Assembly (NCBI GenBank): GCA_900554525.1
Contig: USHL01000001.1
Location: 1-28,150, forward strand
Length of the DNA: 28,150 nucleotides
From: an uncultured Oscillospiraceae bacterium
GTDB taxonomy: Bacteria; Bacillota; Clostridia; Oscillospirales; Acutalibacteraceae
Reading direction: 5' to 3'
Within the stretch, counting starts at the first letter, position 1. Every line of letters starts with the position of its first letter. Below are positions 20,298-27,767 of the stretch, piece after piece. The position numbers and the translations under genes were made by a program. The notes beneath the pieces were generated by a model. The model was not told the origin of the DNA. It did not search any database and saw only the letters and a list, made by a program, of their open reading frames with translations.

Positions 20298-20972
20298 ATG
20301 AAAACGAAATCACTTTCAATACTGGCCTTCTGCGGTATAATTGTCGGTCTTTTGCAGGCGCATTATTATTCCCTTCTGTCATATTCAATGATTTTTATAA
20401 GAGCAGAGCTTGACCGAAACAGTCTTCTGTATGTTTTTAATACTGACATAACCCCGATTGCGGTCATTTTTCTTTCCGTGTTTACCGTACTCGGCTTTTT
20501 CCTTGACCGGCAAAAATTTCCTTTTAAATGTCTTTCGGTTTTACTGGTAATCATTACGGCTGCCGGAAGCATTGGCACAATAAAATTTTTTGCCGTGCCG
20601 ATAATTAACGGCAAGCTCGCGGATTTGCTGAATTCAATCGTGCTTTTTGATCTTTTACTTATTATAATGCGTTTCACAATCAGCATAGCTGTAATCTCTT
20701 CAGCATTATTACAGCTTTTTTATCCGAAATTCAAAACTGTTAAATTGGTAATATTCATTACGGCTGCAGCCGTAAATCTTATCTTAGCCGTCATATTGCT
20801 TATTCTTTCCGGCCTTGCATATTTGGAGAAATCTTTTTACATACTTGCTCAAACCTTTCTTATACTCCCCGCATTTTACGACGGTTTCAGCCTGCGGACA
20901 GAAAAAATCACCCCGTGCACACTATGCACTGCCCCAATTTGTGCGTACAGCACAAAAAGCCCCCTTGAGTAG
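20298..20972 (+). CDS. hypothetical multi-pass membrane protein; last 15 residues and stop come from the IS end
   Basis: GAGGT SD; shares VLGFFLDR.K, QLF.P.F...KL.IF and Q.FL..PAF with the upstream gene; reads across the IS boundary at 20925. Confidence 0.83.
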   Translation: MKTKSLSILAFCGIIVGLLQAHYYSLLSYSMIFIRAELDRNSLLYVFNTDITPIAVIFLSVFTVLGFFLDRQKFPFKCLSVLLVIITAAGSIGTIKFFAVPIINGKLADLLNSIVLFDLLLIIMRFTISIAVISSALLQLFYPKFKTVKLVIFITAAAVNLILAVILLILSGLAYLEKSFYILAQTFLILPAFYDGFSLRTEKITPCTLCTAPICAYSTKSPLE

Positions 20973-20985
20973 GAAATATTAAGTT

Positions 20986-21846
20986 TTAAGCGGAGTGGCG
21001 CAGCGATAGCGGTGCCACTCCGGTTTTTAGCTGGATGCGCTCATTGTTGTAGAAATGAATGAACCTTTCAATCATTTCGTTTGCTTGACCGAAATCTTTC
21101 GGCTTATGCCGATAAATGCATTCTGTTTTCAAGATTGAGAAGAAATTTTCAGCCATTGCATTGTCATATGGATTACCTTTCCTTGACATAGATGGTGAAA
21201 TGCCGTATGATTGTGTTAGCTTAAAATATGCTTCGGATGTATATTGAAAGCCTTGGTCGCTGTGGAGCTGCAACTCTGCAGTGATCTTCTTTTTTTCATT
21301 TTTCATAGCTAATCGAATTGTATCAAGCACAAGGTTGACCGTCTGCGTTGTTCCTGTTTTGTAAGCAATAACACTGTTGTCATATAGATCTCGGATCATG
21401 GATAGATACAGAACACCCTGACCAGTATGAATATAAGATATATCTGTAACCCATTTATGGTTTGGTCTATCGGCGTGAAACTCTCGGTTCAATAGGTTTT
21501 GGTACTTGTGAAGTTGCTGTCCCATTTGCTGCCATTTCCTGCGGCGGCGAATGTCGGATTGAAGTTCATATTTCTTCATGATGCGCAGAATTGTTTTCGG
21601 GTTTCGATATATCTGCTTAACTGTGCTTAACCATTTCCACATACGGCGATATCCGTAAGTTCTGTCACACCTCCTTTGCTGTTCGCAAATGATATCAGCC
21701 AAAGCAGCATCATGTGTCGGCTGATCCTTTCTTCTAACGTAATCGTAATATCCGCTACGTGACACATGAAGAAAACGACACATTACAGAAACCGGATAAC
21801 GTCTTTTATTCATATAAATGATTTGGTATTTTACTTGCGGCCTCAC
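20986..21846 (-). CDS. IS3-family transposase OrfB (integrase core, DDE)
   Basis: VSRSGYY, TYGYRR, WVTDISY, HSDQGFQYTS, SMSRKGNPYDNAMAENFFSILKTE; GTG start overlaps the orfA TGA (GTGA). Confidence 0.96.
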   Translation of the reverse strand: MRPQVKYQIIYMNKRRYPVSVMCRFLHVSRSGYYDYVRRKDQPTHDAALADIICEQQRRCDRTYGYRRMWKWLSTVKQIYRNPKTILRIMKKYELQSDIRRRRKWQQMGQQLHKYQNLLNREFHADRPNHKWVTDISYIHTGQGVLYLSMIRDLYDNSVIAYKTGTTQTVNLVLDTIRLAMKNEKKKITAELQLHSDQGFQYTSEAYFKLTQSYGISPSMSRKGNPYDNAMAENFFSILKTECIYRHKPKDFGQANEMIERFIHFYNNERIQLKTGVAPLSLRHSA

Positions 21847-22157
21847 TTCCTTCCTCTCAATTGCAGAAAATCCCGCAATAACGCATTCTCCATTTTCAGT
21901 CGATTGATCTCATACCGTTGTTCTGCAACGATATCTCTTGCAGGCGCATCCTTTCGCGGTCGTCCTTTTGGGCGTGGCATTATGCCTGCCTGTAATTTCC
22001 TTTCTTTTCTCCGTTCCCGCTTCAACAAATTGTGAACAGGGCGATCCCCTGTTAACCCAAAGAATTCTTCTATTTCCCCATGGCTTTTCCCTGCTGTTAT
22101 CATTTCTTTGATTTCAGGCAAAAGTGTCTGAATGTGCGTATAGTTTTTTCTTGACAT
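21843..22157 (-). CDS. IS3-family transposase OrfA (DNA-binding)
   Basis: 104 aa; GRPRK motif and C-terminal coiled coil EINRLKMENALLRDFL; upstream of orfB in the -1 frame. Confidence 0.9.
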   Translation of the reverse strand: MSRKNYTHIQTLLPEIKEMITAGKSHGEIEEFFGLTGDRPVHNLLKRERRKERKLQAGIMPRPKGRPRKDAPARDIVAEQRYEINRLKMENALLRDFLQLRGRK

Positions 22158-22163
22158 AATAAT

Positions 22164-22205
22164 ACCCCCTAATGTAGTACCTTCTATTTTCCTACATTAG
22201 GGGGT
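22164..22205 (-). promoter_or_regulatory. 14-bp hairpin covering the orfA ribosome-binding site
   Basis: ACCCCCTAATGTAG (22164-22177) / CTACATTAGGGGGT (22192-22205); one arm is the AGGGGGT SD just before ATG 22157. Confidence 0.75.
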
Positions 22206-22262
22206 TTTTGTCTATTGTCCGTTTTTGCTGGACCTGTGCATAACGCACGGGGTCAAATCATT

Positions 22263-24164
22263 TTATTTCGTCATAAGCTCACAGACAAGCGCGCTGTGCT
22301 CAACCGGGTCGGGTACGGCCGTGCCTCCGATCAGACAGGCCTCGCCGTAAAGCAGCCTGGCGTATTTTGAAAGAGTGTCCCTGTCATTTTCGTAAAGTGT
22401 TTTCAGCTTTTCGGCTATCGGGTGCTCGGCGTTGATTTCCAGCACCAGCTGCGCCTTAACCTTATTCTCACCGGCGTTAGGCATAGAATTTAGCACCTTC
22501 TCCATCTCAAGCGAAATGCCGCCCTCGCTGGTCAGGCACACCGGGTGCCGTTTAAGCTTATTGGTAAAGCGCACCTCATTCACCTTGTCGCCGAGACTCT
22601 CCTTCATCGCGGCAAACATATCCTTTGCCGCCTCGTTTTCGGCCTCAAGCGCCTTTTTCTCATCCTCTCCGGCAAGGTCGAGCTTATCGTCGCAGATATT
22701 CATGAACTTCTTGCCGTCATACTCGCCCAGCATCTTAACCGCAAACTCATCGACATTTTCGGTAAGATAAAGTATCTCATATCCCTTATCCTTAACCGCG
22801 TCGGTCTGCGGAAGCATTTCTATCTTCTCGTCGGTCTCTCCGCAGGCATAATAGATTGTATCCTGCCCCTCTTTCATGCGGCCGGCGTATTCCTTGAGGG
22901 TAACATATTTCTTCTCGTTCGAGGAACGGAACAGCAGCAAATCCTTTAAGGTATCCTTATGCATGCCGTAATCGTTGTAGACGCCGAATTTGAGCTGTAT
23001 ACCGAACGCCTTGAAGAATTCCTCATAAGCCTCGCGCTCGTCTTTGAGCATTTTTTCCAGCTCGGACTTTATCTTCTTTTCCAGAGTTTTGGCGATAAGC
23101 TTAAGCTGACCGTCATGCTGGAGCATCTCACGCGAGATGTTGAGCGAAAGGTCCTCACTGTCGACGAGACCCTTTACAAAACTGAAATAGTCGGGCAGCA
23201 GGTCTGCGCATTTATCCATAATCAGCACGCCCTTGGAGTAAAGCTGCAGCCCTTTTTCGTATTCCTTGGTATAATAATCAAAAGGCGGGTGCTTAGGGAT
23301 AAACATCAGCGCGCTGTAGGTCGCCTGACCCTCGGTCTTGGAATGTATTACCCTCGCCGGATCCTCGTAATCGTAAAATTTATCCTTATAAAAGTTATTG
23401 TAATCCTCAGGCTTCAGCTCAGACTTGGCCTTCTTCCAGATAGGCACCATGCTGTTGAGGGTGCGCAGCTCGGTGACGTCTTTGTATTCCGGTTCCTTGT
23501 TTTCATCGTCCGACTTGACCGGCTCTCTGGTGGTGAACTCCATCTTAATCGGATGGCGGATATAGTCGGAATACTTCTTTACAAGCGCGCTTATACGGTA
23601 TTGGTCAAGATACTCGTCGTAATTTTCATCGTCGGTTTTCTCTTTGATATGCAGTGTGACCGTAGTTCCCGCCGTCGGCTTATCGCAGGGCTCCACCGTA
23701 TATCCGTCGGCGCCCGAAGATTCCCAGCGGAAAGCCTCGTCCGAGCCGAAAGCGCGGCTTTCGACCGTGACCCTGTCGCTGACCATAAAGGCCGAATAAA
23801 AGCCCACGCCGAACTGCCCTATAATGTCCACATTATCCTTCTTTTCATTCTCCTGCTTAAAGGCGAGAGAGCCGGATTTGGCAATCGTGCCTAGGTTTTT
23901 GTCAAGCTCCTCCTCGGTCATTCCACAGCCGTTGTCTATGACTTTCAGGGTGCGTGCGTCCTTGTCGATTTCCAGCCGTATTTCAAATTCATCGGGCGCA
24001 ATACCGACCGAGTTATCGGTAAGTGAGCGGAAGTAAAGCTTATCCAGCGCGTCGCTTGCATTGGAAATAAGCTCCCTCAAAAAGATTTCCTTATGGGTAT
24101 AGATAGAATTAATCATCATATCCATAAGCTTTTTAGATTCTGACTTAAACTGTTTTGTTCGCAT
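22263..24164 (-). CDS. htpG: molecular chaperone HtpG (Hsp90)
   Basis: SIYTHKEIFLRELISNASDALDK, DNGCGMT, NLGTIAKSGS, IGQFGVGFYSAFMV, DSEDLSLNISREMLQ; start ATG 24164 after AAGGTGA. Confidence 0.99.
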   Translation of the reverse strand: MRTKQFKSESKKLMDMMINSIYTHKEIFLRELISNASDALDKLYFRSLTDNSVGIAPDEFEIRLEIDKDARTLKVIDNGCGMTEEELDKNLGTIAKSGSLAFKQENEKKDNVDIIGQFGVGFYSAFMVSDRVTVESRAFGSDEAFRWESSGADGYTVEPCDKPTAGTTVTLHIKEKTDDENYDEYLDQYRISALVKKYSDYIRHPIKMEFTTREPVKSDDENKEPEYKDVTELRTLNSMVPIWKKAKSELKPEDYNNFYKDKFYDYEDPARVIHSKTEGQATYSALMFIPKHPPFDYYTKEYEKGLQLYSKGVLIMDKCADLLPDYFSFVKGLVDSEDLSLNISREMLQHDGQLKLIAKTLEKKIKSELEKMLKDEREAYEEFFKAFGIQLKFGVYNDYGMHKDTLKDLLLFRSSNEKKYVTLKEYAGRMKEGQDTIYYACGETDEKIEMLPQTDAVKDKGYEILYLTENVDEFAVKMLGEYDGKKFMNICDDKLDLAGEDEKKALEAENEAAKDMFAAMKESLGDKVNEVRFTNKLKRHPVCLTSEGGISLEMEKVLNSMPNAGENKVKAQLVLEINAEHPIAEKLKTLYENDRDTLSKYARLLYGEACLIGGTAVPDPVEHSALVCELMTK

Positions 24165-24184
24165 ATTTATCACCTTTTTCAAAG

Positions 24185-24201
24185 TTTGACTTTAACTGAC
24201 A
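24185..24201 (-). promoter_or_regulatory. putative CtsR box
   Basis: Minus strand TGTCAGT-TAA-AGTCAAA vs consensus RGTCAAA-NAN-RGTCAAA (second heptad perfect, first partial); just downstream of TATACT at 24205-24210. Confidence 0.45.
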
Positions 24202-24260
24202 TATAGTATAAGCCTTTAACCGCCGCAATGTGTTAACAAACTTTGAACAATAGGTTAACT

Positions 24261-24287
24261 TTAGCACTCTTTTTTGCCGAGTGCTAA
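24261..24287. promoter_or_regulatory. CIRCE operator (HrcA binding site) upstream of htpG
   Basis: Perfect TTAGCACTC-N9-GAGTGCTAA. Confidence 0.97.
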
Positions 24288-24297
24288 ATCCGCAGAC

Positions 24298-24328
24298 AAA
24301 AAATCCGCGGGAGGCTCTCCCGCGGATT
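24298..24328 (-). terminator. intrinsic terminator of the ABC transporter operon
   Basis: 12-bp stem AATCCGCGGGAG/CTCCCGCGGATT, 3-nt loop, U-tract on the minus strand, right after the permease stop. Confidence 0.9.
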
Positions 24329-24332
24329 AAGC

Positions 24333-25511
24333 TTATTTTGAAAATACTATGCGTTCGCTGTTGAACATCTTGGCAAGCAGCACCGTACCGAATCCGGCAT
24401 AAACTATATTCGAAACCACCGTTATTATAAGGCAAACCGGCTGGATTTCAAACGAGAATATACCCGTCATACACTGCACCGAATTATAAAGGGGAATGAA
24501 ATAATAATATATATCGGTCTGCGCTCCGCCGCCGAACATAGCGGTAACTCCTACCAGCATGGTAAGTATCATCAGCGGGGAAACATATCCCTGCGCCTCT
24601 TTTATGGTCTTGGCAAAGGCCGATATTATTGAAACCGCCGTTACCAAAAGCAAAACGGTCGAAATTATTACAACTCCGAGCCAGACATAGTCGAGAACAC
24701 CGTATACATTCTTTACCATACCGTCTGCCGCCCCCATAAGCTTCGGAAGCGAAAGCACGGTGCCGACAGTGCTGGATGCGCCGCTCAGAACAGCAATCAG
24801 CGAAAGAGCAAAAATTTTGCCGAGCGCAATATGCGAACGCCTGGTCGGAGTAATCAGCAGGGTAGCGATCGTGCCGCGCTCCTTTTCCCCGGCAATAGAT
24901 TCGGGAGCCACCGCCATACAGCCGCTGAACATAAATATCATTAAAAGCATCGGCAGCATCGAAGAAAATATCTGTGCCGAAATATCCTCATCGGAGGCCA
25001 TATCGTATTTAGCGTCGGAATTGTTTATATCAAACTTGTTGGTCATAGCCGACTCGTAACCGTCAAGCGCAGTGGTAACGGTGCTGTAAGCCGTCTGCGA
25101 TTCGGTATCGCTCGAATTATAGTAAATCTCTATGTTGGGCGCCGCCGTACCTCCGGCTGCGGAATATGCAGCCACCGCCGCATCGAAATCCTCCGGAAAA
25201 ACAACGCACAAATCGGCATTGCCCTCTTCAATATCCTTCTTTATGTCCTCAACCTTGTCGGCTGTCGTTTCCTCAAGCTCGAAATTAAGCGAGCCGAAAA
25301 GGCTTTCGGCCGAAGCCGGCATATTGACCGCCGAAACCTTCGCCCTGTATTCCTCATCAGGCGCGAAATTATTCATCAAAGCGCTGCCCATAAAGTTATA
25401 TATTATGTATATCATAAGACCCGGCAGTAAAATGGTGGTAAACGCCATACGGCGGTCACCGAAGAATCGGGCAAGCTCTTTTTTCATTATGGTAAAAATG
25501 GAGTTGTTCAT
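24333..25511 (-). CDS. ABC-2 type exporter permease (NatB-like)
   Basis: IMKKEL..FF.DRR N-terminus, large extracellular loop, SIAGEKERGTIATLLITP...IALGK, AKTIKEAQ. Confidence 0.93.
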   Translation of the reverse strand: MNNSIFTIMKKELARFFGDRRMAFTTILLPGLMIYIIYNFMGSALMNNFAPDEEYRAKVSAVNMPASAESLFGSLNFELEETTADKVEDIKKDIEEGNADLCVVFPEDFDAAVAAYSAAGGTAAPNIEIYYNSSDTESQTAYSTVTTALDGYESAMTNKFDINNSDAKYDMASDEDISAQIFSSMLPMLLMIFMFSGCMAVAPESIAGEKERGTIATLLITPTRRSHIALGKIFALSLIAVLSGASSTVGTVLSLPKLMGAADGMVKNVYGVLDYVWLGVVIISTVLLLVTAVSIISAFAKTIKEAQGYVSPLMILTMLVGVTAMFGGGAQTDIYYYFIPLYNSVQCMTGIFSFEIQPVCLIITVVSNIVYAGFGTVLLAKMFNSERIVFSK

Positions 25512-26284
25512 GCGTCCTCACCTACCGTCTGCGAATATATTTCAAAGAATCTGTCCTCAAGACTTTGGCCGTTTCTGATATTTTCAAGCGCGTCGCAGAC
25601 TATCATACGTCCGTCAATTATTATTCCGACACGGTCGCAAAGCTTTTCTACCAGACTGAAGATATGTGTGGAAACGATTATGGTCTTGCCCTGCCGCTTC
25701 AATTCGCACAGAAAATCGGTGACGGTTTTGGCGGTGATAACGTCGAGACCGTTAGTAGGCTCGTCGAATATGATTATCGACGGATCATGCACAAGCGAAA
25801 TGGCAAGCGACGCCTTCTGCTTCATACCCGTCGAGAGATTCGCCACCTTGACCTCGGCAAATTTATCGATTCCGAAAATTCCGAACAGCTCTTTTTTACG
25901 CCGCTCCGAAACCTCCGGCGGAATTTTATGCAGCTGCGAGAAAAAGTCAAAAAGATAATTCGGCGTAAAAAACTCCTCAAGCTTCAGCTCGCTCGTTAAA
26001 AAGCCAATCTTTGCCCGCACCTTTTCCGGCTCGCTGACTATGCTGCAGCCGTCGATAAAGGCGTCGCCGCTGTCCGGCTTTATCAGCGTTGCCAGCATGC
26101 GCAGCGTCGTGGTCTTGCCCGCGCCGTTAGGACCGAGCAGCCCGAATATCTCACCCTCATATGCCGAAAACGAAACCTTGTCGGCCGCGACTTTTACTCT
26201 GGCCTTGGTCTTTTCAATCTGCTGCTGTTTTCTGGAAAGCTTAAAGGTTTTTGAAAGCCCGTCCGCCTTTAAAAGCTCCTTCAT
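25508..26284 (-). CDS. ABC transporter ATP-binding protein (NatA-like)
   Basis: GPNGAGKTT Walker A, LSTGMKQK signature, IIFDEPTNGLD Walker B, STH switch; ATG 26284 after GAAGGGG. Confidence 0.96.
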   Translation of the reverse strand: MKELLKADGLSKTFKLSRKQQQIEKTKARVKVAADKVSFSAYEGEIFGLLGPNGAGKTTTLRMLATLIKPDSGDAFIDGCSIVSEPEKVRAKIGFLTSELKLEEFFTPNYLFDFFSQLHKIPPEVSERRKKELFGIFGIDKFAEVKVANLSTGMKQKASLAISLVHDPSIIIFDEPTNGLDVITAKTVTDFLCELKRQGKTIIVSTHIFSLVEKLCDRVGIIIDGRMIVCDALENIRNGQSLEDRFFEIYSQTVGEDA

Positions 26285-26319
26285 AAAAAGCACCCCTTCC
26301 GTCGGTTCTGATTTTTTTC

Positions 26320-26348
26320 AGTATACAGTCTCCGCTTCTGTTTGTCAA
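26320..26348 (-). promoter_or_regulatory. putative sigma-A promoter of the ABC operon
   Basis: Minus strand TTGACA-N17-TATACT. Confidence 0.8.
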
Positions 26349-26457
26349 CAGCCGTCCGGCATGACATAATTTTACAATTTCCGCCAATCCCTTTATTCAT
26401 GCGCGTTTCCGGGCTTTTTTTGCTGAAATTTCAAAGACCCTAAATTATATTTTCGGC

Positions 26458-26486
26458 TTGAAAAATCAAGCTCGGCGTGATATACT
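26458..26486 (+). promoter_or_regulatory. putative sigma-A promoter of the GNAT gene
   Basis: TTGAAA-N17-TATACT with TG extended -10. Confidence 0.75.
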
Positions 26487-26544
26487 TATCACGCCGCAAT
26501 GAATAATTCCGAATCAAGGCGCAAAAAATTTGAGTGAGATGCAT

Positions 26545-27177
26545 ATGATAAATATACGAAACGAACGCGAAAGCGATTATAAAACCGTCGAGGATATAAT
26601 CCGCAGGGCCTTTTACAATATTTATGTGCCCGGCTGTGCCGAGCATTATTTGGCGCATATTATGCGCGGACATAAGGATTTTGTACCTGAGCTGGATTTC
26701 GTCATCGAGCTGGACGGCGAAATTATAGGGAATATAATGTACACCGAATCGACCCTCACCGCCGAAGACGGCTCCGTAAAAACGGCGCTCACCTTCGGCC
26801 CCGTCTGTATATCTCCCGAGCATCAGCGTAAAGGCTTCGGAAAGCAGCTTATGGAATATTCTTTCGATAAAGCTAGGAAAATGGGCTACGACGTGATAGT
26901 TATATTCGGAAGCCCTGCCAATTATGTTTCCAGCGGGTTTAAAAGCTGCAAAAAATTCGGCGTCTGCCTTGAAGACGGCAGCTTTCCGTCGGCAATGCTT
27001 GTAAAGGAGCTTGCTCCAGGCGCTCTCGGCGGCAAACTGATATACCGTGAAAGTCCCGTAATGCAGCTCGATGAGGAGGCGGCACGGCGTTTCGACGAGG
27101 CTCTCCCTCCGATGGAGAAAAAGCATCTTCCGAGTCAGGAAGAATTTTATATAATGAGCCGTTCTTCGCTTAAATAA
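26545..27177 (+). CDS. GNAT family N-acetyltransferase (YhbS-like)
   Basis: IRNERESDY, GPVCISPEHQRKGFGKQL (motif A), IFGSPANY...GF; start could be 26530, 26539 or 26545. Confidence 0.92.
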   Translation: MINIRNERESDYKTVEDIIRRAFYNIYVPGCAEHYLAHIMRGHKDFVPELDFVIELDGEIIGNIMYTESTLTAEDGSVKTALTFGPVCISPEHQRKGFGKQLMEYSFDKARKMGYDVIVIFGSPANYVSSGFKSCKKFGVCLEDGSFPSAMLVKELAPGALGGKLIYRESPVMQLDEEAARRFDEALPPMEKKHLPSQEEFYIMSRSSLK

Positions 27178-27185
27178 GTATAAAA

Positions 27186-27237
27186 AACGGCCAATCGGCA
27201 AAAAACACTTGATTTTTTGCCGAACAGCCGTTATAAT
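27186..27237 (+). promoter_or_regulatory. tRNA promoter overlapped by an inverted repeat
   Basis: TTGATT (27209-27214)-N17-TATAAT (27232-27237). IR TCGGCAAAAAA (27195-27205) / TTTTTTGCCGA (27213-27223), with outer AACGGC/GCCGTT. Confidence 0.75.
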
Positions 27238-27258
27238 ATCCTTTGCCGTTATATATGA

Positions 27259-27350
27259 GGAGATGTCGCCTAGTCCGGTCGAGGGCGCACGATTGGAAAT
27301 CGTGTAACTCGGAAACGAGTTCGAGAGTTCGAATCTCTCCATCTCCGCCA
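27259..27350 (+). tRNA. tRNA-Ser (GGA)
   Basis: Acceptor stem GGAGATG/CATCTCC, discriminator G, encoded CCA, anticodon arm CACGA-TTGGAAA-TCGTG, long variable arm AACTCG-GAAA-CGAGTT, T arm GAGAG-TTCGAAT-CTCTC. Confidence 0.99.
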
Positions 27351-27357
27351 ACCGAGT

Positions 27358-27397
27358 GCCTCGGTACGCAGACGCGTATCGGGGCTTCTTCTTTTTT
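27358..27397 (+). terminator. intrinsic terminator after tRNA-Ser
   Basis: GCCTCGGTACGC-AGAC-GCGTATCGGGGC stem (with G-U pairs) followed by TTCTTCTTTTTT. Confidence 0.85.
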
Positions 27398-27464
27398 ATA
27401 ATTTTTTCTCTCGCATCGAAACGGCATCTTTTTTTGCTGCATTTTTACACGTCGGAGCAAAGTT

Positions 27465-27659
27465 ATGAAAACGGTTGATGAACATACTTGTACAGGATGT
27501 GGTAGATGTATTATATTCTGCCCTCATGACAATCTCCCTATCAAACAAGGAGATTTAGGTTTTCCCGTCCCTAATATTAAAAACAGTGAACTTTGTGCCG
27601 GATGCAGCAGATGTATAAAGGCCTGCCCTTTTTCCGACGAATTTGAAAAAAATGAATAG
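27465..27659 (+). CDS. 2x[4Fe-4S] dicluster ferredoxin
   Basis: Two CxxCxxCxxxCP motifs (CTGCGRCIIFCP, CAGCSRCIKACP); GGAG SD. Confidence 0.92.
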   Translation: MKTVDEHTCTGCGRCIIFCPHDNLPIKQGDLGFPVPNIKNSELCAGCSRCIKACPFSDEFEKNE

Positions 27660-27767
27660 AATGGAGATGACTTAAATTACGAGATTCAGTCCTATGCGTT
27701 ATTTTACTGTTTCAAGTAAGCAGAAGTATATAAAGATCAGGCTTCAATGAAAGGCGGCACAATATAA

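Larger units (their letters stand above)
20925..22240 (-). mobile_element. IS3-family insertion sequence (1316 bp)
   Basis: TG...CA ends. Imperfect ~50-bp terminal IRs: TGCACTGCCCCA..CGTACAGCACAAAAAGCCCCCTTGAGTAGGAAA vs TGCACAGGTCCA..CGGACAATAGACAAAAACCCCCTAATGTAGGAAA. Overlapping orfA/orfB; TA on both flanks. Confidence 0.93.

Noticed and set aside
22959..23894. 311-aa plus-strand ORF
   Set aside because: Antisense shadow of htpG caused by codon bias; no domain signal.
24178..24247. Invertible promoter bounded by 11-bp inverted repeats
   Set aside because: No recombinase nearby, and pairing continues inward with bulges, which fits an RNA hairpin or operators. Read-orientation data could reopen this.
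26440..27351. 303-aa minus-strand ORF (MAEMERFELS...)
   Set aside because: Starts antisense to tRNA-Ser and continues antisense to the GNAT gene; a typical spurious ORF.
27259..27397. tRNA-Ser as a proven attachment site, or as a selenocysteine/suppressor tRNA
   Set aside because: Ordinary GGA anticodon and 7-bp acceptor stem; a terminator follows directly and no duplicated 3' end occurs in the window.
27660..27767. Tiny ORFs between the ferredoxin and GNAT genes (e.g. MRYFTVSSKQKYIKIRLQ)
   Set aside because: Very short, with no convincing SD or motif.
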